DNA of 64,000 bases from contig NC_081404.1 of the NCBI RefSeq assembly GCF_030684315.1, positions 13,583,140 to 13,647,139 on the forward strand. The letters are read 5' to 3'. The position numbers and the translations under genes are program-made. Positions within the stretch are counted from its first letter, which is position 1. Each line of letters begins with the position of its first letter. This DNA comes from Stegostoma tigrinum (lineage: Eukaryota). Of the stretch, positions 24,196 to 37,935 are shown piece by piece. The notes below the pieces were generated by a model. It worked only from the letters and a program-made list of their open reading frames with translations. It was not told where the DNA came from and did no database searches.

Positions 24196-27100
24196 TTTTC
24201 GTTCTTCATTTCTCATGGAGGGGGGAATTCTGACCATTCCAATATAAAGGCCCAGTCATTGAGATAGTTCAATAGTGTGGTGGTGTTCACAGGCCACAGT
24301 GAAAGTTCACATGAATAGATAGGAATCCCAACTAACTCGGAGATCCAGATACTGGCAGGGTTGCAGCTGGGAGTGCAGTGGATATCGTGAAGTTAGCCCT
24401 TTTGTCAATAGGCTCCTTGTGTCTGTGTAATGAGAGGCTAGGGAGCCATTTGCTTGGCTGGCATGGAGTGAAGTGGGAGTTTGGGAGGGCTGCATAGATT
24501 TTGATGGGGCAGTTATTACTGGTCATTAAAGGGATAGGATTTTCTTCGTGCTGTGGAAAATGTTGAGTGAACTGTACAGGCCAAGATGAAGGAGCTGGAG
24601 GCAAAAATTTGGGGAAGTCTCTCCCTATTGATTTTCATGCCTTTGATAGCTCCTAACCCAATCACTGCTCTTCTGTTTCTGAGACATTTATCCAAGTTTT
24701 TCTCATCTCTAGGCTAGAATTTTTTCAAAGGTTTCCTCACTGATCTTTCCTCTTCTGCTTGAGAACAGCAGCCCCTGCCCTGTCCTGAACTGCACTACTC
24801 TGGATCCCCAACCACCAACAGATTCAATCAAAAAAATGACTCAACCTTAGAGCCTTAGGCTGCTCAATGTCTGGAATTCCTCCACATTTGTAACTCCCTG
24901 CCGTCCTTTTGTGTATCCTCAATGCCTTTCACTCAACTTTGGTTGCACACCTTTGTGACTGGCTTGGACCTATTTGCCAGAAGCCTCTCCCCTATCAAAG
25001 TGGAAAGATGGGAGGGGAGAGGGTTCTGTGACTACTGTCCCTCTTTCTCCCTCCGTTTTTGTTAAATCACCCTGGGCTGTCTCTTACATTTAAGGCAGGG
25101 TAGAAATAAGGCTGTTGCTGTTGGAAACAGCACATGGAGCTGACTGATAAACCTCTATACACAAGGCTTTGATGGTAATAATGCTGCAGGATGCATTTTC
25201 AAGCTGCACATCTGGCGTTGTATTAGCTTTCATGACTGGGCATTAATCTTGTCAGGTGTGCCCTGAAGCTTACAGAAGCAGCATTCAGTAATTTAATCAG
25301 CAGGTGGGGGATGTTGGTCTGCCTCAGATTGTGTCTGTTTGGCGGCCCTTCCACTTTCAAACATCCAAACATAGCTTTCGGGTGAAAATCTAGACTGGAG
25401 GCATGCGGCTGTAGATATCTCCCAGATAATAGCTTTGCCAAAATGGTCAGCTTTGAAGAGTGACTGAGAAAAGAGAAAAATGGAGAAGCCAAGATCTTCA
25501 GGGAGGAAATTCCGAAGCTTTTTTAAAAACATCTTTCACGGGATACAGGCGTCGCTGACTGGGCTGGCATTTGTTGTCTATCTGAGTTGCTCTTGAGAAG
25601 GTGGTGGTGAGCTGTCTTCTTCAACCGCTGCAGTCCATGTGCTGTAAGTAGACCCACATTGCCTTTCGGGAGGGAGTTCCAGGATTTTGACCCAGTGACA
25701 TTGAAGGAATGAAGATATATTTCTGGGTCAGGATGGTGAGTGGAGAGGAACTTGCAGGGGGTGGTGTTCCCAGGTATCTGCTGCCCTTGTCCTTAGATGG
25801 AAGTGGGTTTGAAAGGTACTTCCTCAGGAGCCTGGGCAAGTTACAGTGTGTCTTGTAGATGGTACACACTGCTGCTACTGCGCATCAGTGGTGGAGGGAG
25901 TGAAAGGTTAAGGTTGTGGGTTGGGGTCTGATCAAACGGGCTGTTTTAACCTTCAGGCCACAGTGAGTAAAGAGACAGTCACTATTTGTGGAGCGATTGA
26001 AATTAGTGTGCTGTTTGCCATGGTCAGTGGGATCACAGCCAAGTCAATCAGTGCATTCAGAAACAGAGGGTGAATGGTATTTATCCCACCTTTTTTCACA
26101 GTGTCACACACACGAGGTGTGTGAGCTGTTTGGGTGAATGTGTCCATTCAGATTACCTGGAATGTGCAATTTTGATTTATTGGTAAGAATCAACATTATT
26201 CTTTCAGATAAGACCTAGTGGGAGGCAAAGCAGATTCTTCAATTCATATGTTATTAAATCTACCAGCCCAACTGCAGGCTGACAGGCCAGGATTTAGCTC
26301 ACTCACAAAGAAAAGCTTTGTATACTGTGATCTTACTATCATTTTCTATGACCACTTTTTTCCACTGCTGTGCGGCCCATTGATCTGAACAAGAACAGCA
26401 TGGACGAACCTGGCAATTTGAGTCACCATTTGCCTCAATGCATTAGAGTTCAAACCAATGAAGAGACCCAACTCCAGTCGCCAATCTGTGATGAGGAAGC
26501 CATCCCCATTGGAGCAGTGGGAATGGGGCAGCCCCCACTGAGCAAGGACAGTGTAAATCCACTCTTAGTAAGTTATTGTGCACCCCACAGGTTTGGCCAT
26601 TGCTATTGCTCATCGTAAACAAGCCACTTCCAGCCTGAAAACGTTTGCAAGAAAGAACTTCTCACACAGTAAAAATGAGGAGGCACTGGATTGAAAAATG
26701 AAGCAAGAGAGTAGCAGCCACCATACTGATGTAAAACAGGATCGGCTTTGAAAACACAATAATGCCAGGCTCAGGATATGAATTACAGCTCTGGGATAGC
26801 TGCTCAAAGCTTTACCGCTGTTACCAGGCAATACCACATCAGCAAATCTTCTGGTTTTGCAAGCTATTCTGTATTTGAGCTTCTCCATTGCTAGAGCAGA
26901 CTCTGTTGCTTATCACTGTGCCATTCAGTCCTGGAGTTCGTCTAGGTTTCAGTGCAAATGTAGCACCTCTTATCTTTGATATTCAGGTAATTCTAAATTC
27001 CTGCTCATTACAGTCATTCCAATCGCAATTTAGCTGCTGAATTCTTATAAAAACCTTATAAAAGTGAGGAAATAGAAGCATTGGGAGGCTATTTCAATTC

Positions 27101-30100
27101 ATCCCGCTCACTTTGCCTTTCAATAAAATCTTCCACCCCAACCTAATTTTATCATAGCCTCACATACCTTCATTTCCCTTAGCACCCACAAATCCACTGA
27201 CCCCCTGCCTTGACTATATTTAATAACTGAGTATCCACAGCTACCTGGGGTAACGATTCACAACTCTCTGAGGGAAATAAATTCTCCACAGCACAGTCCT
27301 AAATGGTTTGCTCCTCTCCTGAAATTTTGAGGCCTAGTTCTAGAGCCTCCAGCAAGGAGGAAACAGGCACTCTGTATCTACCTTGTGAAAATCACATATA
27401 TTAACATCATGGTTAAACCATTTATTTCTCAATGGTTAAACATTAGCGCTCACAGAACACTGATGGGTGAAACTAGGCTCAGGTGTGTGGTGGACAAAGC
27501 AAGTGATCAGGCTGGCAGGAAATAAAAGAAAGGCTTAACTTTATATCGCACCTGTCTCCACGACCTGACATTTCAGAGCATGTTACAGCCAACAAAATAC
27601 TTTAGATGTGTAGTTGCTGCAGAAACACAGGAAGTGCAGCAGCCAAATTGCACACAGCAAGCTCCCACACACGTGATCGTGTCCAGAAAATTTGTTTCAT
27701 TTATGGTGTTTGTTGATGGATAAATACTGGCCAGAACATTCAGAGAATGCCTTTGTCCTTCTCTGACATAGCCCCATTGGTTCTCTTATGTCTGAATAGA
27801 CAGACAGGGCCCTCATCCGAAAGGCAGCTCTTCTGGCAGTGCTGCACTCTCCCAGTATTCCACTGGAGTGTCAGATGATGTGAACCTTGTGTGCGATATG
27901 AACCTACAACCCTCCAGCTCAGAGGCTAAAATGCTACCAACTGAGCCCGGCTGACCACAGGATCCATTACATGATAGAAGCTGCTCAATTTTCATCTCAG
28001 TGAGTCCATCCGAATGCCCATCAGGCAGGCTCTACATTGAGTAGGTAACTTTCCACCAGCACTTTATGTGGCTAGCTCGTGATTTTGAGGATGATCCTAA
28101 CCCCATTGTAGTTTGTGTGCTCTCTGGCAGAGTTTTATTTGAAACAGGGTTCCTCAGGTGCCTTCCAGCACTTGGTTCCACTTCCCTGGGCAGTAACTGG
28201 CAGAAGGCTGGTCTGAATTTTGCTGGGAGCTGAGAACCAAGCCCTTGTTGCAGTGATGCCTTTTTAATCCTTCATAGTATGAGTCATAGGTGAGAGGACG
28301 ATGGAACCCAAAACCTAGTTAAAAGAAAGGCACATGCCAATGCAGATTTGCATCTTCTACAAGTCTAACACATGCTGTTTTGCAAATTGATGTGTTAGGA
28401 TGATGTAGAAGGCCAGGTGGATTGCAGCTGTAGATGTTGTCCAGTGGAAGCCGAAAATTTAACTCATGCTGATCCAAACCAGGGCCACTTTGAGAAACTT
28501 TGCAAGTGCTTGAAATTCAGCTGCACTCTCTGTTTCCCACTAAGATGAGATTTGGCCCAATTCAACTGTGGGTGTGAACCGTTTCCTATCTTTTTGTCGT
28601 ATTTCAGATGACACTTAAAGGTTGCCTTACCATTCGATAGATACAGCCACAGTACAAGGAATCTGTGTATTTATTAGTTTCAGGGCAAATGTGGTCTAGT
28701 GGGAAAGATGGAGTTGGGGGTTTTGGGGTGGTGAGGGGAGAAATAGAGTTGCATAAATGAGGTTTCCTCACTGCCAAATGTTTTCAATGTTGGGTTTCAG
28801 GCATCCAGTTCAAAGGAGGTTAATTTTGGAGTCAGTTAGAAGCATCTGAGCAATCGATCTAGCAATAGATGAACTGGGGAAGGGATTTAACTGGGAGCAA
28901 GCTTCAAGATGGATGGGGTGTTGGAGGGCCAGGATGTGGGGATTGTCAATGCTGTCCAATATCATCAGTTTGAAACTTCAATTATTTGAAGAAATGAATA
29001 TGACAGTACAATGATTATGAAACAAAAACTGAAATTGCTGGCAAAACTCAGCACGTCTGGCAGCATCTGTGAAGAAAAATCAGTGTTAGCATTTCAGGTC
29101 TGATAGTAGCTAGGAAAATGTCAGTTTTTATGCAGAAGATAGGGTGGGGGGAAGGGTTAAGGTGTAAATGATAGGTGGGAATAAAGTCCAAAGGGAGAGA
29201 AGAGCAGTTGGAGAGACGAAGGAGTTGATCACAGTCTGTTTGTTACAGGCTTGGCTTTCATAGGGCTTGACCATTTTACGCATACTTCTCGTGTTTGGTC
29301 AAGTTGTTCAAGTCCGTAAGTCCACAGTGGAGACATGACAACCTGCAATTCCCCTCCATCCTGACTTACTTGAAACTATATCACTGCCCCTTCATGGGTG
29401 CTAGGCCATGAAATTCTGGAATTTCCTCCCTGACATCAAACAGAAGATGGATGATAAATACTGGGCTTGCCAGTGATGCTCACATCACAAGAAAAAATGA
29501 ATAAAAATATGCATTATTGCATTACAAATGGATCTTTACCAATTGGAGGACATCCTAAGATTTTACAGTGGCTTGGGGATATGCTGTGATAAAATATTCA
29601 TGGGGTGAGCACACCACTTTAAATGGTGATGGATTCAAACGTAAACCCTTTCAACATGAAATATCCAGGCTGACTCACAAAACGTTTGCCATTTTCCTGG
29701 TATACCCAACATTAGTCACATATGACACTTTTTCGAACCAATGCCATATCTTTCAATGCCATTCACAGCTATGTCAGCAGACTCTGCAGTAGATTTTCAC
29801 CCAACAAGGTCCCACAGGAAGCAAATGAATGAATGATCACTTAACTTGTGTTGGCTTGATAGAGGGATGAGTGTTGGCAGCGATGCCAGGACAAGTCAAG
29901 GCTTTTTTACAAATAGCGCCACAGAATCTTTGCCGTCCATCTGTGAGGCCATACAGGGCCTCATCTGAAGAATGGCACCTCCGACAGTGCAGCGCTCCAA
30001 TGAAATGATGTATTTAGACCAGGACCTCAGCCCTGGGGTGTGTCTTGTTGTCCCTTCAGAATCAGAGGTGAGTGCACGAGTGTTAGTGCTCAAGCAAGAT

Positions 30101-31589
30101 GACACTTAAAGCCAGATGATGGTGCAGATTTGTAATGGATCATATGTGCCTTATGTTTGGGAAATGAGCTGGAAAAATGTTGGGGTTTATGAATTAACCT
30201 GAAATGATTCTCCCCCCAAAGTCGAGTAGCTTGTAAAGATTTGAATCCCAGCTCCGAGCAATGCGGGGGGGAGTTCTCTCGGGGTCTTCCTTGCTGTGCG
30301 GTAGAGGAAGATTGGCTGAAACCTGACCAACTTGTGCACAGCCAGCTCCCACAAATAACAATGTGATCATGGCCCAATAATCTGCTTTATTGAGTTTATT
30401 TATATTGATTTTACCTGAGGAATAAATATCGATCAAAACACCAAGGAGAACCTTTCAGTTTTTCTTTGAAATGACACCAAGAGATCTTTTACTTGAGAAA
30501 GCCAATGACGTTTCAGTTTAACATTTCACCTGAAAGTTTGCATCCCTAATGGTGTAGCACTCCCTCAGAACCACACTGATGTCTGAGCCTGGATTCTGTT
30601 GCCAACTCTATGCAGTGCTATTTAAACCCGTGACCTTCTGACCAATTGACTCACAACTGCCTTCCCTTCCCAGCCAACACCAACTTCGAATTTTTGTTTG
30701 AGGAAGAGCAAGGCTGCAGCTACATTTACACTAGTGAATGAAACAAAAAGGTCATCAAATTCACCCAGGAATGGCATATGGCAGAAGGTGAGTGAGGAGG
30801 AAAGTAGCAGAACTTATAAAGGGGGCATAAATAAATAAGAAGGTAATGATCAAAAGGTCATGCCAGAATTTGGAAATGAACTTGGCTGTCATAGTGCCAT
30901 TCAACTTCCTTGAATATGTTTCAGCTTTGTAATTCTACACTAAGTGGCTGTAATTCTAACTGTAACACATGGGTCATAGACTGTTTCACACAATGATTAA
31001 ATAATGCATCGCCATTGTAAACTCATCTTTTACTCTTTCACCAGCATATTACACTTTGGAAGAGGCCAGCACTCCGGCACTGGATCGCTTAAGTCTCATT
31101 TTCAGCCCATTGAACAACTGCTTCTTTACAAGTGATCCTGTGCAACTTGCTTAGTGTGCAACCTAGTAACGCACTGAGGTATTCAGATCAGAAAGATGCC
31201 AGCATGGTTCCCTGTTCAATGCTACAAGAGCTGACTCTTGTATTCATATCAAATCATAGAATTTACAGCGTACAAATAGCCCATTCATCCCAACTTGTCC
31301 ATGTCAACATTTGCGCTTCACATGAATCTCCTCCTGTCCTATTTACTTCATCTCACCCTGTCAACATTTCCTTCTGTTCCTTTCTCCCTCCAGTTGCTCG
31401 TTAAATGCATCTAAACAACTCACCTTAACTACTTTCAGAAACAGTGACTTCCGTACTGTCATCTGAATAAAGACGTTTTGACCTGACTTCCCCATTCACT
31501 TTATTATGGAGAATGTATTTCTAACATATTTCCACTAACATCCCCAACTTTAGAAGAATCTAAATCCAACATCACAAAAAAAATACAGC

Positions 31590-31870
31590 CTCGGGTGACT
31601 GTCCGTGTGGAGTTTGCACATTCACCCCTTGTCACTGTGGGTTTCCTCCGGGTGCTCCGGTTTCCTCTCACAGTCCAAAGATGTGCAGGTTAGGGTGGAT
31701 TGGCCATGCTAAATTGCCCACAGTGTCCAGGGATGTGTAAGCTAGGTGGATTAGCCATGGGAAATGCGGGGATAGGGTAGGGGGATGGGTCTGGGTGGGA
31801 TGCTCTTCAGAGGGTCAGTGTGGACCCGACGGGCTGAATCGCCTGATGTCACACTTGGGATTCTATGATT
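31590..31870 (+). mobile_element. HE1-like SINE, 5' truncated
   Basis: High similarity to 6965-7255. Confidence 0.88.
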
Positions 31871-33159
31871 TTAAGCGACAGCAGTCCAATGGGACAATAG
31901 TACTGAGGCATTGAACAAAAATGCTGAGGTCAGCTTTGTCAAAAGACTCGAGGCAGGTTGAAAAGGATGGAGAGGGACAGTTTAATTTGACCACAATGGC
32001 AGCAAATTGTCATTTGTGACTTTGATTAAGGGTCTTGTCAATGCTGAGACAAGACGGGAACCTGATTGGAGGGACCCGAGTACAAACTTGTGGGAATGAT
32101 GGGCACAGATTTGAAAAGTGATAATACTTTCAAGGATTTATCACAGGAGTTGGCAATGATTATTGGTTTGCAATACAAAGGGCTAAAAGTTAGGTTCTTG
32201 TGAGGTAAGCATGGGGCTGATGACATTGGTTTTGAATGGGAGAGGGACAGTACCTGAGAAGGGAGAACCATTTGCAATGTCAGATAATATGGGACCAGGA
32301 AAGGGAATTGGGTAGTTGACATTGATGGAAAAATGGATTTAAAGGGAGCCAGAAGTGCACTCCCTGGACAAAGTAGTAAGAGAATGGTGTAATATCAATG
32401 TCTCATTCAAGAGATATCCCCTTTGGCATCCTTTGAGTTTTTGCAACAACAAAGTACATTAGAAATTTTGAAGCTCCCTGTGTTTTACATTTTATTAAAT
32501 TATGATGCAATGACCACATATACAAATTTCAGCAAGTAGTTTCGATATCTGGCACAATGCAAAGCTCTGTCTATCCTTTGTAGTGCATTTGCTTTTGTGC
32601 TAATTTAGGACAAACTCTGATACCTCATTAAATGGGTAGTTTTGCATTTTGAAGATTGACTGTAGAAATGAGAAAGAGAATGTCATAAATGTAAAGCTGC
32701 CAAAGGGTACGCAGTTGTGTAAAGGCATTTACAGGTTGTCATGAGGCGGGAATACATTGACAAGGAATATCCCCTTGATACCAATAAACCCAATTAAATA
32801 TGCCACACGAAACGGGCACTATTAACTCTCTGTAAAGAAAATTAAAACTTTAAAGGAAACCTATTAAATTGAAAAATAATTCCTAGTCTTGAGCAATGCA
32901 CTCCAGAAACCTGAGTGCCCAACGATTGCAGAAGGCCTCAAGACACTTCTCAAGAGCATGGGGCTCATGTGCAACCAGAAACTTGGAGCAGCCTATTCAG
33001 GTGATGGAACAGTGGCTACCACTTCTCCCGCTGTAAGTAAAGATGAACGCTGGAGTCCTCTAGGCCACAGAGATTACAAGCAGCACAGGAGTCCATGAAT
33101 CATCTTAACCATCTATTGCTCGGGGCCGCAGTGGGTAACACTCTCTGTACCAAATTCCC

Positions 33160-33800
33160 GATAGGAGACCCTGCGGGAAAAAGAAAGGGTGGATCCTGTC
33201 GCATGGTTCCCTGAGCAGGCTGTCAAAGTCACTTGGCAGAATGCCTCATCACCGGAACGTTCCAATAAGCACAAAGGCATCACTTGGCTGGTAGTGAGAT
33301 GGGCACTACCAGTGAGATCTTCTTGTATGCCCTGTCAGTTTGAGCCACCGCACGCTGCCCTCGAAGCGGCAGCAGTGGGGTGGAGACTGTCACATATCTC
33401 CTACTGGAATGTGCCTTTGCAAAGGAAGTCTGGAGAAAGCTGCAGTGATTTTTCGGCTGAGGTTCATCCTGAGCAGGTCTGTGACGCAGGATTCTGTTCC
33501 CAGGGGTACACACTGTGAAAAATAGCGAATGAGCCTGAAGGACCATCAACCCAGTGAAAGACTGTCTTTGGTCTGCCCAAAACTTGCTGGTCTCCCAGAA
33601 CAAGGAGTTGACCTTGATTGAGTGTTGGAAGCTGACACATTCCAAGGTCCAGGATTATGTGCTGAGGGATGCACTAAAGTTTGGAGCAGATGCTGCCAAG
33701 GCGCAGTGGGGAAAGTCTTCTGTCTAAGCTCTTTCAGCCAAAGTACAATGGGGTCTGTTCAGTTATCAGAACTTCCCAGTGCCTCAGATACATGTAATTA
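33160..33800 (+). mobile_element. Tx1/L1-clade LINE ORF2 C-terminus, frameshifted
   Basis: DPVAWFPEQAVKVTWQNASSP...WLVVRWALPVRS, then the Cys/His zinc-binding segment ETVT.LLLECAFAK. Confidence 0.75.
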
Positions 33801-36800
33801 TTTTTGAAAAATTAAGAAAGGCATTTGGGTTTGTTGTAGCTACAGAGAAAGGAGAGTGCTGTACAGTCTGAGCTGCTGTCTTTTGATGAGATGTTCAACC
33901 ACAACCCCAACTGCGCTTTAATAAAAAACATCTCATGATGGTATTCAGAAAGAAAGAGCAGAGTCCTCCCTCACAACATTGGCAATGTTTATTGCTCGGG
34001 CAACATCACTGAAAAAGTCATCAGTGCAGTGTGTGGGATCTTGCTCTGTACAGATTAGCCAATTGTATCTTCCACGTCACAATGGTGACTGCACTTCAAG
34101 AAAATAGTTCACTAAATCTAAAATACTTTAGATTGTCCTCAGGCCATGAAATGATTTCTTTAAATGCAAATTCTTTCGTTCATTGACGGATGCAATCATC
34201 AAACTGGGTTTTACGAAGTCATCATGGTGTGCCATTTCTCCACTTGTTAAAACATTATTTTGCAAGCAATTCATACCCAGTCCTCAGCGCTGGAGCCAAA
34301 TTGTTTCCATTAAAATTTAAACAGTGTTAAGACTGATTACTGAGGCAAGGCCATGCAGCCTTGTTTTAATAAGAATTCAGCATATGAGACATTTTTTTGT
34401 GGCAGGTGAGTTTGCTTCTCTCTCATCCTGCTGTCTGATAACATGTTTGGCAAACTCATGATGTATCAGTCTGGAATGCAGTCTGACCAGAAACCCTTCA
34501 AACCTCGGGGGTGGGAGGGGTGGGGGGTGGTAATGATAGGGGGCTATCTCCTCACTTTTCTGTGTCATAACCTTTCTTGCCCCTCCCTGCTTTTTCAATA
34601 CTGTTAGGATCAGTGCTCAAGGTCTACTTGTGTTTTAACATTGCAGAACATCCCAAGACCCAGAAGCTGTGAGTATTGGACATAATTTGACACCAACAGC
34701 CCAGTTCAGAGGTATTTGAGCAGATGAGCAAAAACTTAGTCAGAAAGGTAGCTCTCAAGGTGCGTCTTCAGGAAAGAAAGATTTAGGAAGGGCAGGGAGG
34801 GCTTGGGCAAATGAAAACTCAGTCACTACCGCTGGGTGAAGGAAATCATGAGTGAGCAGGAAGCCAAAATTGGTGGAACATAATGTTTTGAGGGGGTTGT
34901 GGGGCTGGAGGAGGTTAAATGGATAGAGAGGGGTGAGGCGCGAGGACTTGACTGTCATCTCTTGTTTATCCCTGTATCTTATATTTAGCAGAAAGATATT
35001 TATGCTCCTCCAGTACTAGATGTCAGTCTTGACAACAATCCATTGGATCAAAGGCAGTGCAGGAACTAGGAAAGGTGCTTATGAGGTAGAACTGGGTGTT
35101 GTGTGTGTCTCTGTAGAATCGGGCTCTGCATTTTCAGTTGATAGTCATCAAAAGATGGCCAACGGATGAGAAATGGTGGTTGGGGTGCGGTGCACACAGC
35201 AGAGGCTGAGATTATCATTTTATTCTGATTTATTGTCACATACTTCACATATAATCACATATTCCTACAATACAGTGAGAAGTGTTAATTGTCAACATAG
35301 TCTGGTGCCGTTTTGAATTACTGGATAGGTTTAAAAGATATTACTAAAATAGAGTTCACCTTTCTTTCCCCAGCTTGTTCCTCCTCTGCTGCTCTGCTTG
35401 ACATTGGCCGGGTTCTCTGTAACAGGCTCCGGGTATCAGTTACGGGCCTTTGTCGCCACCACCATGTCCAAGCTGGACCCATGGGCCTTTTCTTGTACCT
35501 CTGGAGCCCCAACCAACAGGAGATCCTGGGCTAGGGGCAGAGCTGTGTCTGCCTCATCCTGGCATTACTGCCAGTGGTTAGACCCATGGGGGACATCACA
35601 GAGAAGCAGGAGAAACTGGGAGTGGCCTTGGAGGATATTAGAGTGACCAATAGTGTCAAAGGCTGCAGAAAGCTCAAGAATGCTGAAGAAGGATAGTACC
35701 CACAGTCATATTCATAGCACATTTCATGATGTGAGTTTGACAGAAGCCCTTTCAGTGCGTGGAAACCTGATTAGAATGATTAATGGTATAGAATTGCAGG
35801 AAGGACAGGCTTTGAAGATGGGGGTGGTCAATTGCAAGGGCAGTGGGGTTAAAGGTTGGTATTTTGAAGTGGGAAGGGGATGACAGCAGATTTGACAAAG
35901 AAGGGGACAGTACCCAAGGAGAAGTCATCAGAAGGGCCCAGAAGAGGAGTTGGCTGATCAGCTCTTAGCAATGGGATCAAGTGAATAGGAGGTGAAACAT
36001 CATGGACAAGATGAGCTTGCAGAAGATATGGGAGAAATGGGATCCCCAATTCCCTTGTTTTGCGACTATGCACATTGCAAAATGGGCAATTTAATGTGTA
36101 CTCATTTTTCGCTTTTTTAACAGCTATTGTTATTTGTTAGCACTTGGTAGCGGTGTAAGTGTATGTGGAACATGAGTTGGTGTGAAAAAACAGTACATTT
36201 CTATCATCACAATGTGTTGGGACATGAAGGTTGACTTAGCTGAGTGTTGAATGACATGAGATCTGGTTCAGGTATGAGATGCCCTGAGCAGCCAAAGCTC
36301 ATCCAATGAGGTATCACCTAACAGGAACAAATATCAGTCAGAACCTACACACAGTGACCAACACCACACACATTCAAACAGTATGAATTGAAATCAACCT
36401 TTGTTAACCCATCAGAAAGTATTTCATTGAAAAATCACAATTACGATCAAATACCACATGTTTTCAAACTGCCTATGACATTCAGCTATCATTTCACGGA
36501 TAATGATCCCTCATTGAATACAAAATAAGAAATAGAAGCTGGAACAGGCCCTTTGAACCTATTCTACCATTCAGTCTATTGTATACCTTAACTGCACTTC
36601 TTACACTGTCTTCATATCCCAAATTGTTAAAAACAATCAACCTCAGCCTTGACTATAGGCACAAGAATAGACCATTCAGTCCTCCTTTGTTGAATTGTAA
36701 AATTCTCCCACTCCTCAGGGTTACAATTATTTTTTGGTGACTTTATGAACTTCTTCCTTCAATCTATTACCGTCTTTCACTTTTTCTTGTCAGCAATGGC

Positions 36801-37935
36801 TCTCTTGCCTTTTTCCTTCTGGATATTTTTGCCTTAAAGGAATGGATAGTTTTTGAAAACCAGCTTTTTTTAAATACTGGCATTACCAGTCTATCATCAA
36901 CCTTTTAATGTATTTTTCCAATCTACCACAGCCAACTTCCTCCTCATACCTTCATAATTACCCTTATTTTGATTTAAGACCCTGCTTATGGAATGAATCT
37001 TTATCAAATTTAATGGAAAATTCTATCATGTTATGGTCACTGTTCCCTAAAAAGATAAAAAGAGAGAGAAAGTAAATTATGAGGACAAACCAGTAAGAAA
37101 TATAAAACTGACCATAAGAATTTTTTAAATATGTAAAAAGGAAGAGAGAGGTCAAAGTGAGTATCAACTCCTTAGAAAATGAATCTGGGGAGATTGTTAT
37201 AGCGAGCAAGGCAAAGGAGTTAAACAGGCGTTTTGCATCAGTCTTTCCAGCGGAAGATACTTTGAACTTTCCACTCATTTGAAAGAATAAGGGGGAGGAT
37301 TAAGTACTATTGCCATCACTGGAGAAGTAATATTAGATAAATTAATGGGGCTAAAAGCAGATAAGTCCTCTGGCCCTATTGGTTTGTGGCTAGGATCCCA
37401 AAAGAAGTAACTACAGAGATAGTGGATGCATTGGTTGTAATTTTCCAAAAGTTCTTGAATTCTGGAGAAATACTGGAGGATTAGAAAACCTCTAATGGGA
37501 CACCCCTATTCAAAAAGGGAGGGAGGCAAGAGTGGATAGAGGGCAACCAGTAGATGTGACGTCTTTGAACTTCCAGAAAGTGTTTGACAAGGTACCTCAA
37601 AAAAAGATTAAGTCCAAAGATAAGAACCCATGGTGTTGGAGGTAGCACAGAGGCATGGACGGGGAGAATTGGTTTATGGGCAGAAAACAGCAGTGGGGAT
37701 TTGGGCTTCTTTTTTAGGTTGACAACCTGCAACCAGTGGGGTTCCACAACGATCAGTACTGGGACAACAACTGTCTACAATATATATTAATGTCTTAGAG
37801 AAAGGAAGTGAATGTACTTTAGCCAACAGTTTACACAAAGATATTGATCGGCTAAGGAAGTGGGCAAACAGAAATGTACGATGGGGAATGTGAAGTTTTT
37901 CACTTTGGAAGGGAGGACACAAGAACCAAATATTA

